Program-made: the position numbers and the translations under genes
The notes under the pieces: generated by a model
The model's database searches: none
The model's input: the letters and a program-made list of their open reading frames with translations, nothing else
What the model was told of the DNA's origin: nothing
NCBI GenBank assembly: GCA_943356485.1
Contig: CALRFD010000001.1
Span: 137,716 to 201,715, forward strand
Direction of reading: 5' to 3'
Length of the DNA stretch: 64,000 bases
DNA from: Patescibacteria group bacterium
GTDB lineage: Bacteria > Patescibacteriota > Microgenomatia > Daviesbacterales > UBA10151
Part shown: piece by piece, positions 50,651 to 60,201 of the stretch
Layout of the letters: every line of letters begins with the position of its first letter
How positions within the stretch are numbered: the stretch's first letter is position 1

Positions 50651-51916
50651 ATGGCTGAGCGGCCGATAGCTGTTATAACAGGAACTTCCAGGGATGTGGG
50701 GAGATATGTCTCTATTGGGTTAGCCCAGGCAGGTTATGATATTTTAGGCGTTTATAGAAATCCCCAACATGACCAGGATCAAGCAGACGTTATAAAGGAA
50801 GTTAAAGGTCATAAAGCCAGGATGGTTGCAGTCAGGGCAGACCTTTTAGATGAGGCTACGCCAGATTTAGTATTAGCAAAATTAGAGGATTTTGGGGGTA
50901 AAGTTAGCGCTTTTATTGATAATGCTGCCGGAGGGTATGGCTTAACTAAAGAGGAGGCAAGAGAGATAAATGTTGCTGCTCCGCAGAGATTAATGGATAA
51001 GCTAAGGAATAACTTAACGCCTGATGCGGCGGTAGTTTTTAACACCAGCATTCCTGCCCATTTATTTCACACCCTGCAAGCAGACGATATGGCATTAATG
51101 GGAGATTATGATTTCGTTGCCCGGAGTAAAAACGAAAGAGAAAGGATGCTAAGGTCAGAATTTGTTGGAGATGGACAAAGACTGGCGGTAGTAGTAGGTA
51201 ATGGGTTGGATGGCAGTTTTGTAACCAGGCTTTTGAAGGGGAAAAATAAGTCTTTTGTTAGCCGGATGTTGAGCCTTTCAGATACAGATTATTTCCCGAC
51301 AGTGATGGATATGGCAACTGCTGTGGTTAAGGTAGTAAGAGGCAACTATCCAACAGGACACACAGAATATGTAGGGATTGCGCCCCAACATCAGCTTTAT
51401 CCTTCCAGACCTTTGGGATCTAGTCTAATTGACGCTCCGCAAATGAGGGAAGGGTCGATTTTATCCAGAGAGGAAATTTATAATATTATCCCCCACCGCT
51501 GGCCGTTTATGTTTATTGGAGGAGTTTCGGAGGTTGAATATGGTAAAAGAGCTGTTGGTTCATTGGTAGACTTAACTAATCCTGATATTAATTGGACTGG
51601 CGGACATTTTCCAGACTATCCTTTGGTTCCAGGGGTAATTACTCAAGAAGCTTTGCAGCAGTTGGGGGCTTTGGTTGTTTTAGGTATGACTGAGCATAGA
51701 GGTATGACTGCTGTTTTAACAGGAGTTGATCAGATGCGTTTTTTAAGGCAGATTCTTCCAGGGGATAATATAAGATTGGAGGTTGAAGGCATGGACATTA
51801 CTGAAGAGAAAAGAAGGATTACAGGTATGGGTCATGTGCGGGCTTTAAATCACTTAGGTAAAGTAGCAGTAGAGGGTAGGGTGTCATTTGCGCTTATTAA
51901 TCCGGCTAAAAAATAA
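50651..51916 (+). CDS. Fusion of an atypical SDR (Y-X6-K) and a FabZ-type 3-hydroxyacyl-ACP dehydratase
   Basis: N-terminal TGTSRDVG, NAAGG and YDFVARSK; C-terminal IPHRWPF and GHFPDYPLVPGV..EA..Q. Confidence 0.88.
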   Translation: MAERPIAVITGTSRDVGRYVSIGLAQAGYDILGVYRNPQHDQDQADVIKEVKGHKARMVAVRADLLDEATPDLVLAKLEDFGGKVSAFIDNAAGGYGLTKEEAREINVAAPQRLMDKLRNNLTPDAAVVFNTSIPAHLFHTLQADDMALMGDYDFVARSKNERERMLRSEFVGDGQRLAVVVGNGLDGSFVTRLLKGKNKSFVSRMLSLSDTDYFPTVMDMATAVVKVVRGNYPTGHTEYVGIAPQHQLYPSRPLGSSLIDAPQMREGSILSREEIYNIIPHRWPFMFIGGVSEVEYGKRAVGSLVDLTNPDINWTGGHFPDYPLVPGVITQEALQQLGALVVLGMTEHRGMTAVLTGVDQMRFLRQILPGDNIRLEVEGMDITEEKRRITGMGHVRALNHLGKVAVEGRVSFALINPAKK

Positions 51917-51976
51917 TATGAATATGATCTTGTTTTTTAAAAATTTAAATGTTAATGTCTGCTAAATTATAAAAAT

Positions 51977-53332
51977 ATGCCATCTACACCAGAAACATCA
52001 AAAGAAAAACGTTCATCCCTTTCCAGAGGTTTAGAAAAAGCAGCTAATCTAATAGACGCAGCTTCGGATAGATATGGGAAACCTACTGATAGAGAGATTG
52101 TAGAGAGGCTTTTGCAAAGAGGTATTAATACTGTTGTCAGCGTTCCCTGTTCTATAACTCAAACTATCGCCGCAGAGTGGCATGATCTGTCAAAAAAAGG
52201 ACAGATGCGTTTAATCAATACAGTAAATGAACATAGTGTAGTTGGGATAGCTGCCGGGGTTTGGTTTGGAACAGGCGAAGTGCCTCTTATACATATGCAG
52301 AATTCCGGAGTAACTAATTCTGCAGATGGTTTGATTTCTTTCGCTAAGGTTTATAAAATCCCGATACTGGAGATGGTTACCTGGCGGGGTAATGATTTAA
52401 CAGATGACAGTGAACCACACCAAGAGATAGGTAATATGACTGATGATTTAACGAAGTTACTGGCAGGTAAAGAGAATAACTTTGGGATGAAAGATGGCAG
52501 GGGGTTTATGCGAAGAATGGATGAGGCAATCAGGATGGCTCAGATGGGCGGAAGAAGCGTCATTAGACTTTCCCCTGCTGCTTTTAGAAAGAGCTACCCT
52601 ATGTCGCTCCCGGTTGATTTAGAGGAAGAAACTGAAGATAAAATTTTGGCTAGAAGAGAGAGAATTAAAGAAAGTAAAGGTAGTAATATTGGCGAGGTTC
52701 TTCGAAGATATAGGGTTTCCAGGGGAGAAGCCATGGCTGAGATTGTTCATCAACACCCTGATGCGGCGATTTTATTTGCTAATGGTTTTAACGCCAGGGA
52801 AGCTCAAGGAAGAAATACAATAGACCGGGAAGGTAATTTTTACAACGCCGGCTATATGGGTGGCACACTGGCTATTGGTTGGGGAATTGCCAAAGCAAAT
52901 CCTGATATAAAGGTGGTGGTTGTGGATGGTGATCAAAATGCCATGATGGGTAAGATGCATGAACATTTTGGAGATGGGGATTATCCGGATAACTTGAGTT
53001 GGTATATTTTAGATAACAGAATAGGCGCATCCGTTGGAACTTCAAAAAGCCTTAAGCTACCCTGGTGGTATTATGACGTAGCTCGTGTTATAAGGACTGT
53101 TCCTGATGAACCAGGCTCATTTAAGCTGCCTCGGGTAAAAGAGCAGGGAAAGTATTTTGATAAAGAGGCAGCTAAACAGCTGGCAAGAGCAAAAGAGATG
53201 GGTCCTTTACCTGTGCTAACATTGATGTTCCGCGACTGGATTGCAAAACAAACACAGGTTAATATAAGAGCCAATGTATCCAATAATGTTGCTGAGGTGT
53301 TAAGAGTTAATTCAGCTATGTTAGAAGCTTAA
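51977..53332 (+). CDS. Thiamine-diphosphate-dependent decarboxylase, phosphonopyruvate/sulfopyruvate decarboxylase-like
   Basis: VPCS, NE...VGIAAG, MQNSG, WRG, EPHQ..G, GYMG, DGD...N. Confidence 0.8.
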   Translation: MPSTPETSKEKRSSLSRGLEKAANLIDAASDRYGKPTDREIVERLLQRGINTVVSVPCSITQTIAAEWHDLSKKGQMRLINTVNEHSVVGIAAGVWFGTGEVPLIHMQNSGVTNSADGLISFAKVYKIPILEMVTWRGNDLTDDSEPHQEIGNMTDDLTKLLAGKENNFGMKDGRGFMRRMDEAIRMAQMGGRSVIRLSPAAFRKSYPMSLPVDLEEETEDKILARRERIKESKGSNIGEVLRRYRVSRGEAMAEIVHQHPDAAILFANGFNAREAQGRNTIDREGNFYNAGYMGGTLAIGWGIAKANPDIKVVVVDGDQNAMMGKMHEHFGDGDYPDNLSWYILDNRIGASVGTSKSLKLPWWYYDVARVIRTVPDEPGSFKLPRVKEQGKYFDKEAAKQLARAKEMGPLPVLTLMFRDWIAKQTQVNIRANVSNNVAEVLRVNSAMLEA

Positions 53333-53334
53333 GT

Positions 53335-53937
53335 TTATAATCCCAAAATAGTCATAAACCTAAAATCATTTTCTTTTTTATCTTCCGCTCTTCTGTGAGA
53401 GAAATAATCCTCACTTTCATATGTGCAAATTCTAGGATTCCCGATATTTTTTTCTAAAACCCCACAATCAGTTAATTGTTTTTCTGCTTTCTTCCAAATG
53501 TCCATTCTGTAGCAGCAAGGACCAATAGAAGGTCCAAGTTTAACAATTAGATCTTTTGGGTCTGATTTAAAAAATTTAGCCATTTTTTCAATAACTTTTT
53601 TGATTATTCCTTTCTTCAGTCCTTTGAACCCGGCATGTATTAAGCCGATCGCCTTATTTTTAGGATCGTAAAACCCAATTTGATGGCAATCAGCGGCTTT
53701 AATCATGAGATAAAGTTTAGGTCTATTGGTAATTAATCCATCTGCTCTGTTGATTTTAACGGTTGGCTGATCAATCTTAATGATTCTATTACCATGTATT
53801 TGTTTTAATTCAATGATATTTTTGTAATCAATACCAAGTTTTTTGGAAAACTTTTTCTGGTTATTTAAAGCAGTAGTGGGATCTCCGCAAAAAATTGACA
53901 TATTCCCGTCTGAGGTTTTGGAAGTGATAAAGATCAT
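53335..53937 (-). CDS. pgeF: PgeF/YfiH family (purine nucleoside phosphorylase / peptidoglycan editing factor)
   Basis: QIHG, ADGLIT, ADC, HAG, GPSIGPCCY, CT....YFSHR. Confidence 0.9.
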   Translation of the reverse strand: MIFITSKTSDGNMSIFCGDPTTALNNQKKFSKKLGIDYKNIIELKQIHGNRIIKIDQPTVKINRADGLITNRPKLYLMIKAADCHQIGFYDPKNKAIGLIHAGFKGLKKGIIKKVIEKMAKFFKSDPKDLIVKLGPSIGPCCYRMDIWKKAEKQLTDCGVLEKNIGNPRICTYESEDYFSHRRAEDKKENDFRFMTILGL

Positions 53938-54512
53938 AAAGCTAGAAAACGCAGCAGGACTGCCACACTTCGGTCTTCACCGATACGAGAGTTTAAACAC
54001 ATCTTTTTAGCGTCATTAAAACTCACCCAATTTAGCTTTATATTTTCACCCAGTTCAAGTCTTTGTCCATCCGGGTGGTTATGGAATTTTGTAACGATAA
54101 AATAGTATATATCCCAAACCACAGTTGTCCCGCAATTAGACAGCGCAAAAAGCTTGATTTTTTCCACCTCTAAGCCTACTTCTTCCAAAGCCTCTTTTTT
54201 CGCAGCAGCCATAGCTTTCTTTGCAATATCTACTTTATTTTTTAATAACTGGTTATATTCTTCTAAAGTATCTACAACTTTTCCTCCGGGAAGTCTGATA
54301 TCCCATTTTTTGATGTCTGTCCGGTACTCTTTGGTTAAAAGAATTTTATGATCACGAGAGATAATAATTAGTCTGGTGCCAGGGGAGCGGCGGGCAAACT
54401 CCACAGTAAATTCTTTGTCGCCAGCCTGCATTTTTTGTTGAACTATTTCAATAAGTTTGCCCTTGAATATTACAACTTCCTGACCTTTAGGTTTTGGTAA
54501 TGATTTATTCAT
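53934..54512 (-). CDS. NUDIX hydrolase
   Basis: LPGG...AAKKEALEEVGL. Confidence 0.85.
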   Translation of the reverse strand: MNKSLPKPKGQEVVIFKGKLIEIVQQKMQAGDKEFTVEFARRSPGTRLIIISRDHKILLTKEYRTDIKKWDIRLPGGKVVDTLEEYNQLLKNKVDIAKKAMAAAKKEALEEVGLEVEKIKLFALSNCGTTVVWDIYYFIVTKFHNHPDGQRLELGENIKLNWVSFNDAKKMCLNSRIGEDRSVAVLLRFLAL

Positions 54513-55915
54513 ATTCTAGGAAAAAGTGGAGCTTGTGATTTTATTTCCCCTGAGAATTGTTTTAAGATTTTCTCAGCAGTTTCCGGCATAAATGGCTGCA
54601 GGTTATATCCAATTGCCTGAATTTTTTTAACAAGATCTTCTAAAACTTCTTTGGCTTTTTGACCTTCCAGCTCCCATGGCTTTTCCAAATTTACTTTTTT
54701 ATCAGCCTCTGATATTAATTGCCAAATAACAGCAATAGCTTCATTAAATTTAAACTCCCCCAGGTATTTTTCCAAATCCGTACACCAGACATTAGAACCA
54801 GTAACCCCTGATAATTTATTTTGCTCACAAAGTTTGGCAACTCTGGCAACTAGATTCCCCAACCCGTTTGATAAATTGGCAATGTAGCTTTCATGGATTC
54901 GCTCAACAGTTACATCACTATCCTCGAAGGTATTTAAATCATGGGCTATAAAAAACCTGAGGGCATCTGTTCCATATTTATTTACCAGCTCAAATGGATC
55001 AATCACATTTCCTAAGCTTTTACTCATTTTTTGGCCGGCATTGGTGATGAATCCATGAATGATAATTTGTTTGGAACAAGGTAGACCGGCTGACATTAAC
55101 ATAGCCTGCCACATCGCGGATTGCTGTCTTAAATTATCTTTGCCGGCCATTTGCACCACAGGCCAATATTCTTCAAAATTTTTCTCATCATTAGGCCAAC
55201 CTAATGTTGAGATATAACTAACAAGAGCATCAAACCAAACATAAGAAACATGATCCGAATCATTAAACACAGCTACACCCCAAGGTAATTTTTCCTTAAG
55301 CCTGGAGATACTAAAATCCTGCAAGCCGGAAGAAACAAATTCTTTAATTTCTTTTAAGCGAAAATCTGGTAATACAAATTGGGGATTTTTTTCATATAAA
55401 TCCAGCAGTGGCTGCTGGTATTTTGAAAATTTGAAGAAGTAATTTTCTTCCTCAATAGTTTCTATTTCCAAGTTTGGATGTATGGGGCATTTATTATCCG
55501 TTAATTCTGAGTCTGTTCTTTCTAACTCACAGCCAATGCAGTATTTTATTTTATAGTTTTTTTTGTAGATGTCATCATTTTCAAGGCATCTTTTCCAAAA
55601 TTCCTGGGCAGCCTTTTTATGTTGAGTGCTGCTGGTTCTTAAGAAATTTGTATAGCTTAAATTTAAAGACTCCTTTAAGGAATTAAACTTAGCAGCATAT
55701 TCATCGACGTAAGATTGAGGATCTTTATTTTGAGCGAGAGCCGCCCGGTAGATCTTTATCCCATGCTCATCAGTGCCGGTATTAAAAACTACCTCATTAC
55801 CCAGTAACCTATGGTATCTGGCAATAATATCTGCCTGAACTATCTCCATCGCAAAACCTAAATGTGGCTCTGCATTAACATAAGGTAGTGTTGTAGTAAT
55901 GTAGTATTTATTCAT
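54509..55915 (-). CDS. metG: Methionine--tRNA ligase
   Basis: TTLPYVNAEPHLG, GTDEHG, YVWFDAL, KMSKS. Confidence 0.97.
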   Translation of the reverse strand: MNKYYITTTLPYVNAEPHLGFAMEIVQADIIARYHRLLGNEVVFNTGTDEHGIKIYRAALAQNKDPQSYVDEYAAKFNSLKESLNLSYTNFLRTSSTQHKKAAQEFWKRCLENDDIYKKNYKIKYCIGCELERTDSELTDNKCPIHPNLEIETIEEENYFFKFSKYQQPLLDLYEKNPQFVLPDFRLKEIKEFVSSGLQDFSISRLKEKLPWGVAVFNDSDHVSYVWFDALVSYISTLGWPNDEKNFEEYWPVVQMAGKDNLRQQSAMWQAMLMSAGLPCSKQIIIHGFITNAGQKMSKSLGNVIDPFELVNKYGTDALRFFIAHDLNTFEDSDVTVERIHESYIANLSNGLGNLVARVAKLCEQNKLSGVTGSNVWCTDLEKYLGEFKFNEAIAVIWQLISEADKKVNLEKPWELEGQKAKEVLEDLVKKIQAIGYNLQPFMPETAEKILKQFSGEIKSQAPLFPRI

Positions 55916-55919
55916 TTGA

Positions 55920-56291
55920 TTATCTTCTAAGTTTTGTCAGTTTAGGGATTTTTGATAAATTAGTCAAATCTCTTTTCTTATTTTTCTTAAAGTAGCTTAT
56001 TAAAAGTCCGATAGAGATTATAATTAATCCTCCGGAAACTAAATTTAAGGAATGCAGAGCCTGTATTATTAATATAAAAATTAAGCCTAAAGCGATTGAT
56101 CCGGAAATAAAGACATTCTTTAAAAAAATATTTAAACTAAAAGTAATGGCAAGAAAAAGGGGGATAAAAAAACTGAAGAGCTGGTTTAGATTTGCCTGGG
56201 TTATATTCTCAGGGTAGGGTACCTGTAAGATTACATAAATAAAAATACCCCAGAAAGTTAAACTGGGGAATAGTTTTAAAAAAAGCTTCAT
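55920..56291 (-). CDS. Four-TM membrane protein
   Basis: Hydrophobic 123-aa ORF. Confidence 0.7.
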   Translation of the reverse strand: MKLFLKLFPSLTFWGIFIYVILQVPYPENITQANLNQLFSFFIPLFLAITFSLNIFLKNVFISGSIALGLIFILIIQALHSLNLVSGGLIIISIGLLISYFKKNKKRDLTNLSKIPKLTKLRR

Positions 56292-56351
56292 TAAGTTAAG
56301 TATAGTTTACCTCTCGGTAGTGAAGCAAATAATGGTAAAATACCGAATGTA

Positions 56352-57521
56352 ATGGCTACCCCAACTATTTTGATTTGTCCAAACTGCAAAAAAGAAATCT
56401 CTGTTGATGAAGCGCTAAAGGGTCAACTTGAAGATCAGATAAAAGCACATCTTCGGGATGAGTATAACCAAAAGTGGGTTGAAGAAAAAAAGAAACTCAC
56501 CCAGTCTGTTGAAGAAAGTATTAAAAAAGAATTACTTGAGCAGTCAAAAAGAGAAAAAGAAGGATTAGAGGAGCAAATAGAAAAACAAAAAAAAGAGAAT
56601 GATGAATTTCGACAAAATGAACTTGAACTCCGTAAAAAAACCCGGGAGTTGGAAGAAAAAGAAAAAAATCTGGAACTGGAAAAGCAAAGACAGATAGATG
56701 AAGAACGTAAAAAGATTCAGGAAAAAACAGAGACAGAAGTTTCAGAGAAATTTCACTTAAAAGAAAAAGAGTATGAACAACAGATGGAGGCCATGAAAAA
56801 GTCTTTGGAAGAGGCTCAAAGAAAAGCGTCTCAAGGATCACAGCAACTGCAGGGTGAAGTGCTGGAATTGGAGCTGGAAGAAATATTAAAACGGGAATTT
56901 CCGGTAGATGAAATTCTGCCGGTTGGAAAAGGTATAAGGGGAGCAGATATTGTACAAAGAGTATTTAATAAATCAGGTAAACACACTGGTACGATTGTTT
57001 GGGAGAGTAAACGTACCAAGGGTTGGGAAAAAAAGTGGGTGGAGGATTTAAAGGTAAATATGCTCTCGTCTAAGGGAGATGTGGCAGTTTTAGTATCAAT
57101 GACTTTACCGGAAGAGATTAAGGCCTTTGGTTTTAAAGACGGAATATATGTTTCCAGTTTTGAATGTTTCCTGTCGGTTGCGTTTTTACTTAGAAAATCC
57201 ATTATTGATCACCACGCAGTTAAGCAGTCAGTGGTGGGGAAAAACGAAAAAATGGAGATGGTATACAACTACTTTTTAAGCCCGGAGTTTCAGCAAAGAG
57301 TATCAGCCATAGCCGAGGCCTTTACAGCGATGAAGGCAGATTTAGATACCGAAAAAAGAGTGTTTGCCAAACTTTGGGCGAAGCGGGAAAAAGAAATTGA
57401 AAAAGTGATTCTTAATACCTCCTCTCTGCACGGTGAACTGCACGGCCTGATTGGCGATGCATTGCCAAAAATAACAGCACTGGAAACAGATGCTTTGTTG
57501 TCAGAAATTAATGAGGTTTAG
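56352..57521 (+). CDS. DUF2130-like coiled-coil protein
   Basis: CPNC, long coiled coil, QGSQQLQGEVLE, KG.RGAD, WESKRTK (PD-(D/E)XK-like), W.KREK. Confidence 0.85.
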   Translation: MATPTILICPNCKKEISVDEALKGQLEDQIKAHLRDEYNQKWVEEKKKLTQSVEESIKKELLEQSKREKEGLEEQIEKQKKENDEFRQNELELRKKTRELEEKEKNLELEKQRQIDEERKKIQEKTETEVSEKFHLKEKEYEQQMEAMKKSLEEAQRKASQGSQQLQGEVLELELEEILKREFPVDEILPVGKGIRGADIVQRVFNKSGKHTGTIVWESKRTKGWEKKWVEDLKVNMLSSKGDVAVLVSMTLPEEIKAFGFKDGIYVSSFECFLSVAFLLRKSIIDHHAVKQSVVGKNEKMEMVYNYFLSPEFQQRVSAIAEAFTAMKADLDTEKRVFAKLWAKREKEIEKVILNTSSLHGELHGLIGDALPKITALETDALLSEINEV

Positions 57522-57723
57522 CTTGTCATAGCAATCTAATCGCCAATAATCGTCCGTTATTTTTTCGAACCATCAGTTCGATTAGCTTGTCATAAAGCCC
57601 TAATCATCACAAATCGACCGTTCGTAAATCTATGCAAATCTAGGTATTTCGTGCCTAAAATCATTATAACCGTCGGTTAACCGTGGGTTGCACCTTTCTC
57701 CAAAAATTTATACAATAAAACCA

Positions 57724-58200
57724 ATGCCTCAGGACACAGGTTCGATACATTCAGATACCGCCAAACGCGAGCCGCGCGGCGAGCACGGAGAGTTTGCGCG
57801 CACCCATATCGTAGCGCAAAATACACCCAGCCTACCCTCCCGCATATGGGATTATTTGTCCAAAATAAGTCTTAAAAAGCTCATTACTACCATGGGTCTA
57901 ATCTCCATAATTGCCACCAACGGGCTATCACTTACTTTAATCGAGCGACTTTTCCCTCATTCCTCACCCATTTTCCATCGTCAAGTGGCTCACCAGGGGA
58001 TCTTAAACACATCTGGAGGAGGGATTTATACTCTCACATTGACGGATAATTCGGTGTATACTTTGAATCTTAAGCCGTCTGGTAATCTAAAAAATTTGAA
58101 AAACCTAAACGAAGTCGTAGTCCGAGGCAATCTAACTTTCACTCCATATCTCATCGACAATGCCGAAATCTACCCAGTAAATATCTCCACTACTGATTGA
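57724..58200 (+). CDS. Hypothetical membrane-anchored protein
   Basis: ORF 57688-58200; start at MPQD (57724) with TACAAT 7 nt upstream; one TM. Confidence 0.6.
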   Translation: MPQDTGSIHSDTAKREPRGEHGEFARTHIVAQNTPSLPSRIWDYLSKISLKKLITTMGLISIIATNGLSLTLIERLFPHSSPIFHRQVAHQGILNTSGGGIYTLTLTDNSVYTLNLKPSGNLKNLKNLNEVVVRGNLTFTPYLIDNAEIYPVNISTTD

Positions 58201-58231
58201 ACCAGTTTTGCACATCTGCTTTTGTCAGAGT

Positions 58232-59395
58232 CTATTTCCTAAATAATGCGACATAATCCTTCATCTCAAATAGCCTATTCCTAGAATAGCCTGTTTTTTC
58301 CTGTAGAATATCTAAGCCCGTAAGATCTGATACAAGATCACTTGCGGCTTTAAAACTTACACCCAGAACTTTACTCACATTATTTACACTTACGATAGGT
58401 TGAGAGAATAGATATATCAGCAACTGTCTTGCTTTTGGAACTTTTCTTCCTAAGGTAGTAATTTTATTATCATATTGCTCACGAAGAGTAATAATATTCT
58501 CGAATTTTTGTTTCCCCTTATTACTAGTCACTACAACTCCTTCAAGAAAGAAACGAACCCACCCTTCGAGATTATTCTTCTGTCTGACTTCATCAAGGGT
58601 CTCGTAATATGATTGACGATATTCCTCAAAATAGTCAGAAATATACAAAACTGGTTTAGTAAGGAAGCCACGCTCTATTAGTTGTAAAGTGATAAGTAGC
58701 CGACCGATGCGGCCATTTCCATCGAGAAATGGATGAATAGTTTCAAATTGATAATGCATAATAGCTATTTTTATCAGTATTGGTATATTTAACGAAGAAT
58801 TATGCCAAAATTTTTCCCAATCAGAAAGCAATCCTGCAACTTCTGTGTGTTGAGGGGGGACGTAATGAGCTGTACGAATAGAAGAACCTCCAATCCAGTT
58901 TTGGCTTGTGCGAATTTCACCAGGTAATTTATGCTTACCTCGAACGCTAGTTAGAAGACGAGAGTGAGTGTCTTTTATGAGCCTTACCGAGACTGGTAAT
59001 CTTTTAAGTTCTTCAACAGACCAGTTCATGGCATTGATATAATTTCTAACCTCTCGCCAATCGTCACGACGCTCAGGATCTATTTCGTCTTCTGGGAGCA
59101 ATACCTCATCTATTTCTGTACGGGTGCCCTCAATTCTGGAGGAGCTTACAGCTTCTGATTTAACATGCATCTGAATGAAATAATCAATATCAGGTACGAG
59201 CCTTGAATACGCATTCAATTCACCAAGTAGGCGTGTCGCCTCTTCTAAAAGTGTAATAGTGGATTGGTCATTAGCTATAAATGGCCTATTGATACCAGAC
59301 GGCAGAAAACTGGTATACTCAGCATCCATGCCGACAAGTATTTTTTGATTTGTTCCTGCAGTAAAGTCTTTCATACTGTAAATATAACACATCAT
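58232..59395 (-). CDS. Fic-family protein (Fic N-terminal domain, Fic core, C-terminal wHTH)
   Basis: EAVSSSRIEGT, HYQFETIHPFLDGNGRIGR, TG..RNR.F. Start uncertain. Confidence 0.92.
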   Translation of the reverse strand: MMCYIYSMKDFTAGTNQKILVGMDAEYTSFLPSGINRPFIANDQSTITLLEEATRLLGELNAYSRLVPDIDYFIQMHVKSEAVSSSRIEGTRTEIDEVLLPEDEIDPERRDDWREVRNYINAMNWSVEELKRLPVSVRLIKDTHSRLLTSVRGKHKLPGEIRTSQNWIGGSSIRTAHYVPPQHTEVAGLLSDWEKFWHNSSLNIPILIKIAIMHYQFETIHPFLDGNGRIGRLLITLQLIERGFLTKPVLYISDYFEEYRQSYYETLDEVRQKNNLEGWVRFFLEGVVVTSNKGKQKFENIITLREQYDNKITTLGRKVPKARQLLIYLFSQPIVSVNNVSKVLGVSFKAASDLVSDLTGLDILQEKTGYSRNRLFEMKDYVALFRK

Positions 59396-59472
59396 ATTTT
59401 ACTTTGCAAGTATAAAGTAAAATAAGGATTTCTATATTATAGATCACAAACGCCGATAATTTCCCAAATTTT

Positions 59473-59524
59473 CCACCCTTCGGGTGGATTAGCCCGCCTT
59501 GCCGTCGAGGCAGGCTTTGCACCT
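59473..59524 (+). repeat. 52-bp composite intergenic repeat, copy 2
   Basis: 46/52 identical to 23180-23231. Confidence 0.85.
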
Positions 59525-59543
59525 TTCCTTTTTTGAAATTATT

Positions 59544-59567
59544 CCACCTCCAAAGGGGATTAGGTAG
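59544..59567 (+). repeat. 24-bp imperfect direct repeat, left copy
   Basis: CCACCTCCAAAGGGGATTAGGTAG; 22/24 identical to 62502-62525. Confidence 0.75.
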
Positions 59568-59616
59568 GCACAGTTGACGTCTTGACTTCGGGTTGTTTTC
59601 GGTATAATGTAATCGT

Positions 59617-60132
59617 ATGGATGCTAAAGTTGCATTATTTGAAAACCAACGAATTCGTAGAGTTTGGCATAACAACGAGTGGTGGCTTTCTGTGGTTGAT
59701 GTTTGTAAAGCATTGACTGGTAGTCCTGATTCCGGGTCATATTGGAGAAAATTAAAACAAAGATTAAAGGAAGAAGGAAGTGAAGTCGTGACATTTTGTC
59801 ACGGGTTGAAGTTAGAAGCACCTGACGGAAAATTACGTGAAACTGATTGTGCTAATATAGGGAGTTTTGATTTAAAAGTTGATGAATATAAAGATTTAAA
59901 AGGTTTGGATAAAGAAAATTTACGTGATCATATGAATGATATTGAATTAATTTTGACAATGTTAGCAGAAGCAACTACAACTAAAATTCATAAAGGCAGA
60001 GATTCACAAGGTTTCCCAAAGCTTAAAAAAGATGCCAAAGATGGTGGTGGTGTTGCAGGAAGGACACGTAAAGATATTGAGCAAGTAAGTGGTAAAAAAG
60101 TTATAAGTACTAAAAATTATTTACTAAAATAA
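59617..60132 (+). CDS. BRO-N domain (phage antirepressor-like) protein, apparently with an internal in-frame deletion
   Basis: FENQRIRRVW...WWLSVVDV...YWRKLKQRL...DGK.RETDCAN joined directly to EYK.LKGL..ENLRDHM.D.EL. Confidence 0.7.
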   Translation: MDAKVALFENQRIRRVWHNNEWWLSVVDVCKALTGSPDSGSYWRKLKQRLKEEGSEVVTFCHGLKLEAPDGKLRETDCANIGSFDLKVDEYKDLKGLDKENLRDHMNDIELILTMLAEATTTKIHKGRDSQGFPKLKKDAKDGGGVAGRTRKDIEQVSGKKVISTKNYLLK

Positions 60133-60201
60133 ATTCATTCAAGAACAATTAGACGAAGTATTCATACCTAATTATTATCCCAAGTAGATTATAATCAACT
60201 C

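Noticed and set aside
57518-57622. 64-bp-period repeat as a degenerate CRISPR array
   Set aside because: There are only two poorly conserved units, no leader and no cas genes.
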